A stretch of DNA of 64,000 nt from Novakomyces olei (lineage: Eukaryota): NCBI GenBank assembly GCA_016906335.1, contig JADEYG010000002.1:124001-188000 (forward strand), written 5' to 3'. The notes under the pieces were generated by a model. It did no database searches. It was not told the DNA's origin and was given only the letters and a program-made list of their open reading frames with translations. The position numbers and the translations under genes are program-made. Numbering within the stretch: position 1 is the stretch's first letter; the number at the start of each line of letters is the position of its first letter. Shown piece after piece: positions 35,957 through 50,144 of the stretch.

Positions 35957-38900
35957 TCAGTTCCTTACCCGCATTAAAAGGTATGCAACGGTTATTCCAA
36001 TGAGAAAAGTTACTGCACTCGCGGGAATTCCACTTATCAAGAAATCTTTAACACTCAGGTACCGTTTCCCAGTCTCATTTTCCTGCATAATTGCCGTCAT
36101 GTTAGGGAACCCACTTGTCGGGAGTCCCATAGCGGCGGAACACATCAAGGCAGCTCCCATTACGAGCAAGCGAGGATGAGGATCGTCCATACTGGAACCT
36201 ACTTGAGCGACAATAGGCAGGACAATAAGAGCCGCCACTGTATGAGAAATAAAAGTCGCCATAACGAGAACAAGAGCGCAAAAGACTACGAGAACACCGT
36301 AATCATTCATGTTTTGTGTGAAATCTTTAATTGAATGGGCAATGACCTCCAATAAGCCAGAAGATGCGACTGCTTTCCCCAACGCTATACCGCCCATGGC
36401 CAATATGATAACAGTCCATAGAAAATTGTTAAAATCCTCTTTGCTCAATAGACCCGTGCCAAAAAATATAGCAAGAGGAAAAATGGCAATTACGCCCATA
36501 TCACCGAAGACAGATGTCATTTGCTGAGCAAAACACCACATCAATATAGTGGCCACAGTGACAAGAGAGATAAAGATTTCGGTATACGTAAGTCTGTCCC
36601 GCGACGGCCGAATTTGAGCGAGTTGGCATTCTTTTTCTTAAAAGGTTAAAATATATTTATATTCGTATAAATGTAAAATATATAAATAAAAAAATATTTA
36701 TATCTTTCCATACCAGGCTTAAATAGCACTAGAAGCAATATCCATATTGAAAGAATTGCGAGTATACACAGCGGCAGTGAGACGATAAACCATTCGGCCC
36801 AGCTTATAACAGGCGTCATATTTTGCAGAGCAATAATATTCTGAGGCGAAGCAATAGGCGAAGCCATTCCTCCCACGTTGGAGGAAAGTGCAATGCCAAT
36901 AATTAGTGTTTTGGCAAAGGGATGGCCCGGAGGTAGAGTTCGTAAAAGTGGCTGTATAATAGAAAAGCAAAGCACTGGAGCAGCAACATTGCTTATCCAC
37001 ATACTTGCAATCATCCCTACAAACATATTACTCAGCAAAACATTGCGAGGACGGGTTCCAGCGCGGGACAAAACAAAGGTTGCGAGGCGTTTGGCAATAT
37101 GGTACTTGCTCAAAGCAGCTGCGAGGGAAAATCCACCGAGTAAAAGCATAATTGTGGAGGTAAACATTGAAGAAAATATATACTTTGTTGCCAGCGGTGC
37201 CGATAGCCTTTCGCCCTCATCAGACTTGACCACTCGAAGCATTACGACGAGCAATGGTACCAGCAACGACGTGACAAAGAGCGGAACAACCTAAGATTAG
37301 CATAAAATACAGATGAATGCAAAGAGTAAAGATAAAAAGACATTTTAGACTAATATATAAAGAATATGAAATAAGACACTAAACCAAATACAGTTAAAAA
37401 AAGCTTTAAAAACCAAAAGGCTTGAAATAATAAAATAACTAATTAGAAACAGATCAGAAGAGAGCAAGAGAAATATTTGAAATAACTTATGAAAGTGAAT
37501 TATCAAAATAAGCGAAAACCAGTATGGAGCGCAGCTTTAAATTCAGAATCCTTACCTCGGTGGCCCACATGAGCGATACAAACACTAAGAGAGCAAGGCA
37601 ATTGCTCTGCTCCACCTCTGCCAGCAAGGGCACAAAATATACGACTAAAAATACAGAAATAATAACAGTAAGGGTGATAAATGTAGAAGACAGCAATAAA
37701 GCCGGTATTCTGATTCCTCCAAAGACTCGAGTCAGGTGGAATAACGAGGCAGCTTCCTGGGTCTCATCCACTCGTGCTGCCTGCTGTCTCCGTTCGATAT
37801 TAATCATATCGCGCCAGACTGTATTACGCTCCCACACAATATGCTCACGCAAATGCATACGTAACTCCTTCTTGGCCATGACTGAGTCGCCTCCAGTAGC
37901 CAAGAGAGCATAGTCATAGACAACACGTTCCAGTTTTGTGTTTATTTCTTGCGCTGTTGCCTTGACAAACGGCTTGCGCTGAGAAACATGTTTCTGCATA
38001 AAGCTATCTCGTAAACTGCTGCCCATAATTTTGTCAAACTTCTTCAGTGCTTTTGAAAACCCTGTGTAATTCATCTGAATATAATTGTTTAGATTGCTCA
38101 AATATACAAAGGACGTAATGGCTCTTTTCTTAAGCGTCGAAACTTGCTCGTACATTTCCATTTCTTCAATAGTGGCACTATACTGTGCATCTGTCATTAA
38201 AAACGAGTCTGCCTGACTGCTGCGTCGACGTGAACGATTGAATATAGCAGCAGCAGAATTAGAAGCGCCATTAGCTCCGTTTCGACTTGCTCTTCCATCG
38301 GCATCACCGTCATCATCTTCATCATCGTCGTCGTCATCATCTTCCTCATAATCTACATCATCTTCAACAACGTTCTCATTGCTGGCAATTGAACCGCTTT
38401 TTCGACTTGGCTCATTTGTACTAGCACGCCTCTTGCGTATTGGAGAGGAGGCTCCCTCTCCCTCGTTAAAGTTTTCTTCTCTGATCGGACTCTGGTCCAT
38501 TATATCTGCCCCTGAACTGTACCGTCTTTTCTTTCCCATTGAGTAAGCTGAAATGCGTCTTGTAAGAGGCGGCTTTGCTATTTGCTGAGAGATCGATTTA
38601 CGAGTTTGTGAAGCGGCATTCTGGCCCTCCAAATAATTACAAACAGCCTGAGCCGCCTTATCGAAATCCGTTAGAAACTGGTCCACCTCTGGAAAAATCT
38701 CCTTCTCACGATCGTTGTAGAAATCGGTGATTCCGTCCAACTCATGTGAAAGAGCCTGAGAGAATTGATCTACTGGCGAATCAAGGTGCTCGTCTGCTCC
38801 AAGAAGACCCGCCTGCTCTGCATCGTGGACTTGCTGTGTTTGCGCTAGCGCTTGCTTTTCCAGAACGTAAATGAGCTTTTTCAAACTCGAGTAGCTATAA

Positions 38901-39182
38901 AGGTAAGCATCAAGCTTCTAAGGCTAACTGTAATATGTTCGGCTGCTTTTTTTATTTTTTCTTTTTCTGCTCTAATTCGTTTTTCGTTTGCACTTTCTCT
39001 GCTTTTCATTCTTATCTTGAAAATGAACTAGCTGGCTGCTTTTGTTCATTGTCTGCTCATATTCGGTACTTACGCAATATATTTGTCTTGCCATTCAGGC
39101 ACAGTATTAAACTGCAGACTATAAAGCATTAGTAAAGTCAGACTCGAATAACTACCGTCTCGAACCTGTGAGAGAACTTCAT
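35957..39182 (-). CDS. SPX-domain low-affinity phosphate transporter (Pho87/90/91 family)
   Basis: Spliced start MKFSHS|LQFNTVPEWQDKYIA|YSSLKKLIY, then KALKKFDK, HIVWERNTVWRDMI, SMWISNVAAPVLC and GLPTSGFPN. Confidence 0.93.
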
Positions 39183-39448
39183 TTTCTCGGAAAGAACTGC
39201 CGCCCAGGCCGCACTGGATTTCGGCTCTCTTTTGAGCGGAACAAGCTCGATATCACCGTCAATTTTGGAAGTAGGCCTCGAGTGTCGGCTTCCTAGGGAC
39301 AATTAAGGATGCTGTCTTTGTTCTCCTGATAATCAAGCTAAACCAATTAGAAACACTGGCAAAGGCCTGATAACCATATAGTGAGTGGCTTCAATGTGAT
39401 CTTGCAGCCAATTCGCAATATGTAGATAGATATTTACAGCGATATAGG

Positions 39449-39469
39449 AATAATAATAATAATTATTAA

Positions 39470-39523
<54 letters not shown>
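39449..39523. repeat. (TAA)n/(TTA)n microsatellite in a divergent intergenic region
   Basis: Seen directly. Confidence 0.9.
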
Positions 39524-39524
<1 letters not shown>

Positions 39525-40389
39525 TTATTAACTTTAATATCTAATTTTAGACAATTATTCATTTGAATAATGCGGAATAATGTAGACTGAGACCATTATC
39601 TATCTGTTAGAGCAATATTCACAAAAGCACGTGCGTGCTAGCGCAAGAGAAATCAAACGCGAACTCGCAGTGAGCGTCGATCAATATAATGTCTCACTAA
39701 TAAAGTCAAGAAAATATGGCGCTTAACCAAGACTATCGATTTTTTCTCCGCAACATCTGCATTTAGATTAACGCCGAGCTTAAAGAGTCTTTCATAATAA
39801 GAATGTTCCGGATTTCGACGGGCAAACTTTGTGGCATAACGTTTTGACAATCGTGTAAAACGATTAATCGGAGGATTAATAGGAGATTTTTGGTGTTATT
39901 TCACATATACGATGCAGCCATATTATAGTTAAACGTTTTATATATTGTTATACTGTAATGTCTTTTATGGCTTTGTATTATAATGTCTTAAAATATGGTT
40001 TACATTACGGCCAAGTCAAGCAGATAAACCGCATTCGGACAGCTCGGGAAATGTCAATCCATGGTTCTTTAGACGTGTCTGGTACATTACAGTGGGAACG
40101 TTCATAGCAGAGCAGTAAAGTCTGCGTTTAAACACCTTTTCCAATTACAATAGATTAAGATCGCGAGTAGTGGTCAAATGTATATCCTTATCGGCGCGTA
40201 TGCCACATATCCTATTACCGATAACGACAGGTCCGAAATTAAACCTCGGCTATCTCAAAATAATTATGAATTCTACTCTTAAAACTTAAAAGTACGTCAA
40301 TCGTGAACATGGTAATATAATTAATTAATACTGCTACGGTAGCCACATACGCTGCGAAACCATAAAGTCTCAACTGACACACAGCACAC

Positions 40390-41267
40390 ATGGCGGTCAG
40401 CATGTGGCTCAAATTGTTTGGTGCCCTGCTCCTGCTCAATTTCAAAAACCTCCCCTTTATCTGGCATGTAAGAACTCCAGCTAATATTATTTAGTATAGT
40501 GATAAAGCATTATTATTTTATATTTACAGGCGAGATGGTACTAACGTTTCACTGCAAAGCTCCGGTTCGCCCGGGTTCTACTGACAAAGACTTGCCGGTA
40601 CTATCTAAAGTCTCAAGTACGGGAGTCGCGTAAAGTCGCGCACAGTCCGCAGTCCACATTTGAGCCATGTGTGTACACGTCACGCGTGACGGTCGGCGAT
40701 ATCGATTTCAACCTGCACAAGTCAAACTCGACTTATGCCAGTGATCTCGATATGGCGCGTACGTCCTTTGTGCTTACGCGCCTTGCTGATTTTATGATTT
40801 TAAACTTCAAATATTACGTGGCCCTTGGTGGTGTGGGCTTTGAGTTCCACAAGCAAATTGACGCGTTTGAAAAGTTTACTATAGAAACACAGATCCTTAG
40901 TTGGGATCGGAAATGGCTTTACATGCTTTCGCGGTTCCGTGGAAGTAATGGGACCGTGCGGACTACGGCGATTTCCAAGTACGTTTTCAAACTCGGCCGA
41001 AAGACGACTCCACCTGCCGAAATTTTGGCCAAGTGTGGCTATGACGTCGATAACCCTTTAGTTGAAGCTGAAAGAGCGCACAATCTGGAGACGGCTCAAG
41101 GTATGCTGATGAGCTCTGGGCTCGCGCCCTCAACGGCAGGGACACCGAGCAGCTACGCTAATGCTGGTGTCGGAGGCAATACCACCGTTAGCGAAGACAA
41201 TAAGGAAATTGCCACACAAGTCGGACAAACGATTGGTGCAAAGCTTGCTAATGGAAAGACGGAATAA
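40390..41267 (+). CDS. Hotdog-fold thioesterase-like protein (THEM6/YBR096W family)
   Basis: MAVSMWLKLFGALLLLNFKNLPFIWH, intron 40468-40559, then LRF...DIDFNLHKSNSTYASDLDMAR...ILSWDRKWLY. Confidence 0.85.
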
Positions 41268-41546
41268 GCAGCACAACTGCACAACGTTAAGAGTTTAGGC
41301 TGCGATTTGTGTGAAAAAGGGTTAAAGAATAATAATATTTATCATGTCATGCTCAATACTGCACAGTTTCATGCGACAATAAACTAAAACCAAACTTTAG
41401 TTCATGGAAAAGGGATAAAATAATAAAGTACAAGACAATAATAAAACTATCACAGCAAGCCAGTGCGAACGTAAATTGAGCAGGCGGAGTGTAAGAAATA
41501 ACGAAATAATCTAAATAATACGCCTATACACGATAAACATGGCTTG

Positions 41547-43753
41547 TTATCGAAGCCCGAGCTTTGAAGTCTTTATGACAGCTCTTACAGGCTCTGCGAT
41601 GCCCTTGTTATGCATCGCGCCGAGCCCCGTCCCCGATTGCCAGCCAAGTTTTGCCAGTAATGCTCTTCCCCGATTATCTTCACTTATTTCTGGTGCATCG
41701 CCTCCCACAACTTCTCCTTCAGACAAACGCCCACCTTTAAATGAGATCGTTTTCGAGCCTTTTGCGCCGCCCTTGTTCAGCTTTGAATTTACTGATGCAA
41801 ATCTTATTTCTTTGCCCTGGCTTATTGCCTGCAGTCTTCTATAATCAACGTTGCTCATAAGCGAAAGCTTTGTTTTGTAAAGAGTCGTACATCTAGATGT
41901 GCCTGATCCAGTTGATTTGCTTTTAAGGTTAAACACACTTGCAAGATCATGTGTTTTCTTGCGAGAGATTCGATCCATTGGAGGCAAAGTTAATTGCTCT
42001 AAATTATCCTGCATGAACTTGAAGACTTCACGGATAAGTGCACCCGTAGACGTATCATAGCCAAACTGGTGCATTCGCGATTTCTGTGCTTTAGATTTTT
42101 TCTTTCCCAAAAGACCCAAGTCGCGCAAAGACTCACGTTCTTGCTTCCTCAGCTTTTTCTTCTCCCGATCAGTTGCCCACTGCTGACGTAACTTTGCTTC
42201 CACGGCAGAATCTACTCCAGGTGGGACTTTAACCTTCGTATTCTTGGTGCGCTTCATTTGTTTATTTGACAATAGGGCTCCATAATCGTCCAATGAATCA
42301 TCAAAGTCGTATATGGAAAATTCTCCCGATTCCAAATCCCGCAGAACAGCTCGCTCTTTTCGTGTGAGGCCTCTCCTTGATTGGTCAGTGCTCTGTAACA
42401 ACTCGTGCAGGAGACCATCAACCTCATCAGAGTCTTCGACATAATCTCCCGAAAATTCGTCCAGAATAGATTCGCCCTCTGTAATTCCAGACTCGTCACC
42501 AAAAGCTGCGTCTTCTAGCGCCTCAAAGTCAGAGTTAGAGTCGGACGTAGAACTATTGTCTCCGTCGCTGGACTCAGACATATCCGACTCTATATCCCTA
42601 GAGGCCTCTAAAGCACTGAACCCATAATCGGCAGCGGATAACTGCTCTGCCAAGATTGCTTCATTATACTCCTCATCGTCGTCGTCTCCTTGTGCTCCTT
42701 CTCCAACTGAGTTTGAACCAATTGACAAATCAACCCCCCCTAAAGCCGTCCGCAAAAAGCTGCCCGAGAAATCCTCTGCGCCTTCATCGTCAATAAACTC
42801 AACTGACTCGGCATCTTTGTCTTTAAGCTCTTCGCTATCGTCTCCAATACTATTGCCTACTTTTGGAATCTTTAGAGGTAAGAACCCGTCGTCGTCTAAA
42901 TTAGAAGAACTCGCTTGAAGATAGTGTTTGGTATGATGCTCAAACTCAATCGGGTCTTCAACAACTATTACCTGCGAGGCAGTTGTAATGGGGGGCGAAA
43001 CATTAGGCTGCTGTACGCCCACAGCGACTTTACGGGGCCGGAAAACCAGCTCGTCGCTTTCGGCATCACTATTGTCGTTCTGAGCATTTAAATCGTTCAG
43101 TAACTGTTCACCGGGATTTGAAGAATACTTGCCCGGGGCATTTTCACCACCAACCAGAAACTCTTCTTTCTGGTCTTGTTCCTCCTCCTCCGAGCCCTCC
43201 TCTTCTGATTCGCTTTCCTCTTCTCCCAATTCTACTTCTAATGCATCCTCCTGTGCTTGCTCATCCTGCGCTTGATTCCTATCATCGTCCTGCAAATGCG
43301 TCTGCTCAAGACGTTCACGCAGTTCACGACTATTATCATACGGACTCTGCGCTTTGACAAACTTCATGCCGCCTCTTGTCAATGTTAGCGTATGCAAACA
43401 TTATTAAATAATGGATCAACTAAAAGGAACAAGAACCATAGAGAAAAGACCTAAATCTGATCAAAGCCTGCCTACCTCCGTAAAGGAGTTGCCAAGTCGG
43501 AAAAACTTGAGCCGTGAGTTGTACGATTAGAGCCTAGAGCCCTCATCGATACGTCATTTTTGGCACTGCCTTCCGCTGACGGTTAGAAAGAACACGAAAA
43601 GGTATAATGTATCTTACCCCCGCGCCCAGGCTTTGCAGGCCTTGAGCTGTTTGATTTCGGACCTGAACGGCGACGGTTCGGGTCTCCGCCGTGAGCGCTT
43701 ATAACCGAACGGCGACCGCGTCCGCGTCTACTGCCGCCGCGCTTTCCATGCAT
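41547..43753 (-). CDS. SQS1: R3H and G-patch protein Sqs1/Pfa1 (Prp43 cofactor)
   Basis: RG-rich first exon from the ATG at 43753, two introns and an acidic middle. R3H reads PPMDRISRKKTHDLA..LKSKSTGSG; G-patch reads NRGRALLAKLGWQSGTGLG..GIAEPV..KLGL. Confidence 0.88.
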
Positions 43754-43783
43754 CACGGCCGATCTCGCGATAGGGAGTATTAC

Positions 43784-43784
<1 letters not shown>

Positions 43785-43870
<86 letters not shown>
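43785..43870. repeat. (TTA)n microsatellite filling half of the 172-bp divergent SQS1/ATG4 promoter
   Basis: Seen directly. Confidence 0.95.
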
Positions 43871-43871
<1 letters not shown>

Positions 43872-43925
43872 CATTACCCACGTCGTCCACAATTCAAGGC
43901 AGACGTTTGCCCCAGTCGACGTGGT

Positions 43926-45623
43926 ATGGACGGTCTCTCACGACCTATCAGCCGAGCCCTGCGGTACTTTGGCTATGATCCTGAACCCACGAATCAGGAT
44001 GGCACGACTATATATTTTCTTGGTCGCGAGTATGATAATCGACGGGATCGTTTGTCGCAAGAAACAGAGCTGAACAATGGACATCCGCAGCAGCAGCAGC
44101 AGCAGCAAGGGCAGCAGCCTTTGAGAAGGCGTCGATTTTCAAACAAAATAATTGAACCGTGGCCGCCTGATTTCTTGGAGGACTTTGAGTCGCGGATCTA
44201 TCTCAGTTATCGCCGAAACTTTGGTCCCATTCCGAGTGGACCACGAGATGCAACTGCGGATTTTCCTGATGAAAATCGAGAAAAATCACGATCTTTATCG
44301 CCGATTTCTGTGTTTTATGACACTAAAGGTTTGACGAGTGACAGTGGCTGGGGGTGTATGATTCGTACTTCACAAATGCTGCTGGCAAATGCGTTGCTGA
44401 CGCTTAAGCGGGGCAGAGGTAGGACTTCATATGATTGTTACTAGATTTGTGTGAGATGGCTCAGCGGTTGGTTGGGTTTTTTTCTTTTTTTTTTTTTGCT
44501 CTCTTTTTTGTTTCAAGGAATTGTTGTTTTGCTTTTATCTTTGTTATCACGTTTTCGCATCTTACCATTAGATTGGAGACGATCGCGTAAAGCGGAATCG
44601 GAAAGCGCGATACTCAGACTTTTCGCGGACGACTCGCATGCGCCGTTTTCAATTCACAAATTTGCTATTCATGGACGGCTAAATTGTGGGAAAGCGCCTG
44701 GCGAATGGTTTGGTCCTTCGGCTGCGGCTAGTGGAATAAAGTACATTACTATTTTGCATGACTGATCGTACTAACAATGGCTAGAGCCTTATGCTCGCTG
44801 TATCTATCTACAGAACTACGAGTATATTATAATGCAGAAAGCCATGATATCTACGAGGATAAAATTAACGAAGAATTCTATGCAAAGGGGGATGCAGATG
44901 AGGAGTTTCGTCCGACTTTAATACTAATATGTACGCGACTCGGAATCGAAAGAGTCAATCCCGTTTATTTCGATAGCTTGTTGCAGTGTTTGCAATTGCC
45001 ACAGGCCGCTGGTATTGCAGGGTATGCTTGTCACCTCTAATCTTTGTTTAATATTCTCTAAATTTGTGCGATTGATATGATGGGCGATATCTCGATTTAT
45101 TCATGATTTTGGTCAGGGACACATATTGCAGTGTTCTAGTTTTTACATGATTTTTAGGCCAGAAAAGAAAGTCTAACGTTACAGTGGGCGACCCAGTTCG
45201 AGCTTATTCTTTTGCGGTCACCAAGGCCAAAATTTATTCTACTTGGATCCACATTATGTAACCAACGCGCTGCCTCTTCGACAGGAAGGAGAGCAATACG
45301 CCGAAGAAGAGCGTAACTCTTGTCACTATGCTCGTCTTAAATCACTTTACATAACAGAACTTGATCCGTCGATGCTTATTGGCTTTTTAATTCGCAGCCC
45401 GGAAGACTGGGCTAGCTTTAAGACGGCAGTTTCGGATCAAGAGCCCAAGGCCAGAGTCGTTCATGTCTTGCCTCAAGAGCCGCCACAGATTTGGCAGCGA
45501 GGTAGACGACAAAAGCAGGAATATGCTGAACAAGCCTCAGGTGAAGGCAATGGATCTGAGGGCCAGGAAGATGATGAAGATGACGACGACGATGTAATTT
45601 CAGAATCTGAATTTTCAGAATAA
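43926..45623 (+). CDS. ATG4: Autophagy cysteine protease Atg4
   Basis: SDSGWGCMIRTSQMLLANAL (catalytic Cys), PFSIHKF, GEWFGPS, GIAG|GRPSSS, YLDPH and LDPSMLIGF; 4 exons. Confidence 0.95.
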
Positions 45624-46433
45624 TTTTTGGACGAAAACTGTATACCCAAACTAGTATGTGAGCATACCCTAAACGCTTACAATTACTGGCGACAGAGTGA
45701 GCTAGAATGGCTTATGGTCTACCTGTTTTTATAATTTTTCGTTCCCGATTTTTGAAGCCTTTGGTTTCTCCTAGTTTGATTCCTGGTTAGTCTTCTTTTG
45801 ATACTGTTTGTCTTTTTATTCTCTCAATCAGGGCTTTTATTCTTTTTCGCTACTGGCCTCGTTTATCTTATATTTATACGCTGTTTGGTTTATATTCAAC
45901 AGGGTTTGATAATCTTTTTTTTTTTTTGGGGGGCTGGCGTTGATATGGTACTTTTCTGCATAGGTGGTGGCTACAGGATATTGAATTCCAATGGTATTAT
46001 AATATAACATTATTTTTCATATGTTTTTTGATTTCCAGAACCGAGCAATGTCTGGGGCTACATGTAAGATCCGTAAAGATATTCCGAAGAGCGTTCACTA
46101 TGTATGTGCAAGTAGAGTCAAAGATGGCGCAAACAAAATTAGATACAATAGTCATTAGTTATCAACGCACACACGCGGCACTATGATAATAAATAAATAT
46201 AAACCCTAACCCTGATACTACCCAAATTCTGGTTGCCAGCATTTGCCCTTGTAATATTTAACGCCCTCGGTACATTCATATTCGGTAATATTGCGACAGA
46301 TGACAGTTGAAGGCGTATGATTAGAGATAAATCGTATTAATAATAATTATATATCTGCTGATTCTACTAGTATTATTTGAAGTCAAGCCAAACAGAGTCT
46401 CTTTGGAAATTCGAGCTTTCTTACCATCATCTA

Positions 46434-48681
46434 ATGACAGTTGAGGGCACTTACCAGAAGGCACAGGCTTCTGAATTGAAGGATTTGATCGGAATCGTTA
46501 ATGAGCAAGTTCTTCCGTGTAAGTTTGATTATATTATATATTCTTCTTCTTTATTTTTTAAATTCTTTATGTTTTGATTTTTAAGATTTGAACTTTTCAA
46601 TTTTTAATCGTTTGCCATTTTCCATTTCTTTTATTGGATTTTTTCTTTTCTTTTGATTTTGATTTTGAATCCAATTTGATTGAAATTTTTTTTTGGATTG
46701 ATTGATTATATTTTAGGCTGTCTGCTTCCTATCGTCCCTTTTTATTTTCGACGTTCTTTAGTGCTTACAAATAGGGATTTCTGGAGCCGCAGAGCCAAAT
46801 GGACGCGCAGTCAATTATTTCAAACCTGCTGAATTAGAAAAGAGGCTACAACTCAATTTACCTGAAAATGCTGGAGGAAAAGATGAATTGCTGCGCACAG
46901 TCGGCTTATTGCTGCAATACTCTGCAAATACTTGGAGTCCTGGATTTATGGACAAGCTATACGCGTCCACCAACGCCGTGGGAGTTGTAGCTGAGTTTTT
47001 GCTCGGTGTTCTAAACACTGGAGCTCATGTTTTCCGTGAGTGATATTACTTTGTTCATTGTCTTGCATTGGCTCTACGATTAGCCATGCTTCTTACACTA
47101 TTCCGTTTGAGCCTAAATCATTTTATTGATTTATTCTCATTCTCGATCGATAACGAATGTTTGACTTTATTCTAATCGCAGATGTATCTCCTGTCCTGAC
47201 ATTGATGGAAATAAAAACCTCGCACGAACTTGCCTGCCTCTTTGGTCTATCTGGCCCTCATTCTGGCGGTGTGACTTGCCCCGGTGGCTCAAATTCAAAC
47301 CTTCACAGTGCCATTACCGCTCGCAACCTTAAATTCCCAGATGTTGTAGCCGAAGGCTTACAAGGCCGAAAACTTGTGTTTTTCACTTCGAAAAGTGGGC
47401 ATTACAGTGCGCAAAAGGCAGCTATTGTTATGGGCCTGGGTTCAAAGTCGGCCATCGTAGTCGAGACCGATAGCGAAGATCGGATGCTTGTTTCAGATCT
47501 AGAGCACAAGGTCAAGCAGGCTCTTGAAGACGGTCAGTCTCCGTTTTATGTGAACGCCACTGCAGGCACTACTGTCATGGTAAGTCAGCCTGGATTTATT
47601 TGCTTTAGCTTTTTAATGTCTTGTATCGTAAACCGGCTTTCAAACACACTTGTTCGTTTTTCTTTACGAATTCGAACAATACTCCTCTGTTTTATCGGAA
47701 TGCGATTATTTTATCGACTTGAAATAGCCGACATATATTTAATATTCTGATGTTCCGATCTGTTGATCTGATAAAGTCTGATAAGAGTCTATAACTAGAT
47801 GATATTCCAACTCTATTTGGCCCATGTCGAATTCAGGCTAATGAACAGGGAGCATTTGATCCATTGGATGAGATTGCTCAAATATGTAAAAAGTACAATT
47901 TATGGCTACATGTGGATGCTTCTTGGGGCGGTTCTGTCGTTTTCACAGAGTCAAGAAGGCATTTACTTCGTGGATCAGAGGCGGTTGATTCAATCACGAT
48001 CAATCCCCATAAGATGCTGGGAGCTCCCTTAGCCTGCTCATTTCTTTTGCTAGCAGATTCTCGCAATTTGCAAAAGGCAAATACTTTACGTGCGGAGTAT
48101 CTATTCCACTCTACGGACGACGACAGTCGTTATGATTTGGCTGATGGTACTATTGGCTGTGGACGTCGTGCTGATGCCTTGAAAATGTACCTGAGCTGGG
48201 TTTACTATGGACGAAAGGTATGGGGTTTCTTCTATATTTCTCTTTTTCTCAAGCTTATAGGTTTCAATGTTGATGATACGTTTATCTATTTTTTATTTCG
48301 TCTTTATTCCTTCTTTATTGGGTTACTAACGACCAGGGCTTCGCTCAAAGAATCGAGACAGCATTCGCCAATGCAGATTATTTTGCAGAACAGCTGGATC
48401 TTCATCCCCGTTTCCACTTGGTCTCTCGACGTCCAGCACCATGCTTGCAAGTATGTTTCTATTATGCGCCAAATGGTCATCTGCTTTCGTCTGATGATGA
48501 AAACACTGCGCTTACTGCCAGCGTCCATGCTGAGCTTGTTCGTCAAGGCCGATTTTTAGTGGATTACTCGCCTGGTCCCCGAGGTAAATTTTTCCGGGCT
48601 GTTATAAACTCACCTGGTGTGACGCGTGAGACTATAGATGAGCTCGTAGAGTCGATTGATCGCATTGGGAGCAAAACTTAG
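46434..48681 (+). CDS. Group II PLP-dependent decarboxylase (animal-type GAD/CSAD/GADL1-like)
   Basis: PGFMDKLYASTN, HVF|HVSPVLTLME, PGGSNSN, HYSAQKAA, NATAGTTVM|GAFDP, WLHVDASWGG and NPHKMLG (PLP Lys), followed by CGRRADALK. Confidence 0.92.
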
Positions 48682-48881
48682 ACGGAAGATTTGTACGAGA
48701 TTAAAAAGCTATCATTTTTGTGAGACGAACAATTTGGAGTAATTAGATTTTTTTGACCATCATTTTGTGGCTATTCGACAGAACAAGCGTGTTTATGCGC
48801 ATTAGAAATGTTTCAAAGCCAAGGAGAGCCGTTAGATATTTAGTCAAATTAGATTTAAATCAATATTTTATTTTATTTTAC

Positions 48882-49077
48882 TATATTATATTATATTATA
48901 TTATATTATATTATATTATATTATATTATATTATATTATATTATATTATATTATATTATATTATATTATATTATATTATATTATATTATATTATATTATA
49001 TTATATTATATTATATTATATTATATTATATTATATTATATTATATTATATTATATTATATTATATTATATTATATT
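48882..49077. repeat. (TTATA)n pentanucleotide microsatellite upstream of MAD2
   Basis: Seen directly. Confidence 0.97.
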
Positions 49078-49214
49078 TCTTTCTTTCGATTATATGTCAC
49101 CTGTATTATTAAATATGTGATGCAAGCATACAGTTAATTATTGTATGCTATAATATATAATATTATAGATTATTTATAATCGTTGTCTGATTATCTATTG
49201 TTTAGACGTAAACA

Positions 49215-50144
49215 ATGGCAGAGACGCCTACACGATCAACGCTTTCGCTCAAAGGCAGCGCTAAACTCGTAAGCGAGTTTTTCGGTAAGCATTTTAAATT
49301 GCTTCAAACTGACTCGGGCAGAGTATAGCATAAATAATATACTGTTCCAGCGAGGAATATACCCGCCAGAAGACTTTAAAGTGGTGAAAAAATATGGACT
49401 CAACATGCTGGTTACCGTCGACGAGGAGGTTAAAGCATACGTGAAAAAGATAATGGCTCAGTTACAACGTACGTACTAAATAATTGGTCTGAGCTTTGCG
49501 TTTAAATCACGTCTGCTTTACTTGCTTTCTAATACTACAGGCTGGATGTACAAGGGAGATATATCTTCATTAGTAGTCGTTATCACGGACAAGGAGACTT
49601 CTGAAGTCGTTGAGCGGTGGCAGTTTGACGTACACGTTGAACGGCAAACAGAGCAGCCTGAAAATGGCATTGCGACGAAATCTGGTACTTGATTTGCCCT
49701 TCACATTGATTTATAGTTTTATTTTATTATTACTATTATACTTTATTTCGTTCTATTTTGCCTTGTTTTTGTTGAATAAAATAAATCGCATTTGTATTCT
49801 AACAGGAAAGAATCGGAAATCCAAAAAGAAATTCAGGCGCTTGTGCGGCAAATAACTGCTACAGTCACATTTTTACCACAATTAACGGGACGGTGCACTT
49901 TTAATGTACTTGTTTATGCAGACAGAAACAGTGAAGTGCCAATTGAGTGGGAGGATAGTGATGAACGGCTCGTTTCTGCTGCGGAATCTGTGAAATTGAG
50001 AAACTTTTCCACCAGTTCTCATCGAGTAGAATGTCAGGTACGTCGTTGGCGTTTAAGTTTTGGTTCCGTTTAGCTTGCTTTTCTATCTTTTTCTCTTTCT
50101 TTAAAAAACTAACATAAAAGGTTTCATACCGGCTTGATGATTGA
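49215..50144 (+). CDS. MAD2: Spindle checkpoint HORMA protein Mad2
   Basis: LSLKGSAKLVSEFF|EYSINNILFQRGIYPPEDF..KKYGL, VERWQFDV, IQKEIQALVRQITATVTFLP and FSTSSHRV; 5 exons. Confidence 0.96.

Noticed and set aside
40530-40545. Premature stop after a first candidate acceptor in the thioesterase gene
   Set aside because: A downstream acceptor at 40559, after CTAAC, gives an open and family-consistent frame.
43691-43978. Poly-Leu ORF
   Set aside because: It crosses the (TTA)n array in the SQS1/ATG4 promoter.
48753-49112. ORF with repeated YYIIL
   Set aside because: Translation of the (TTATA)n array.
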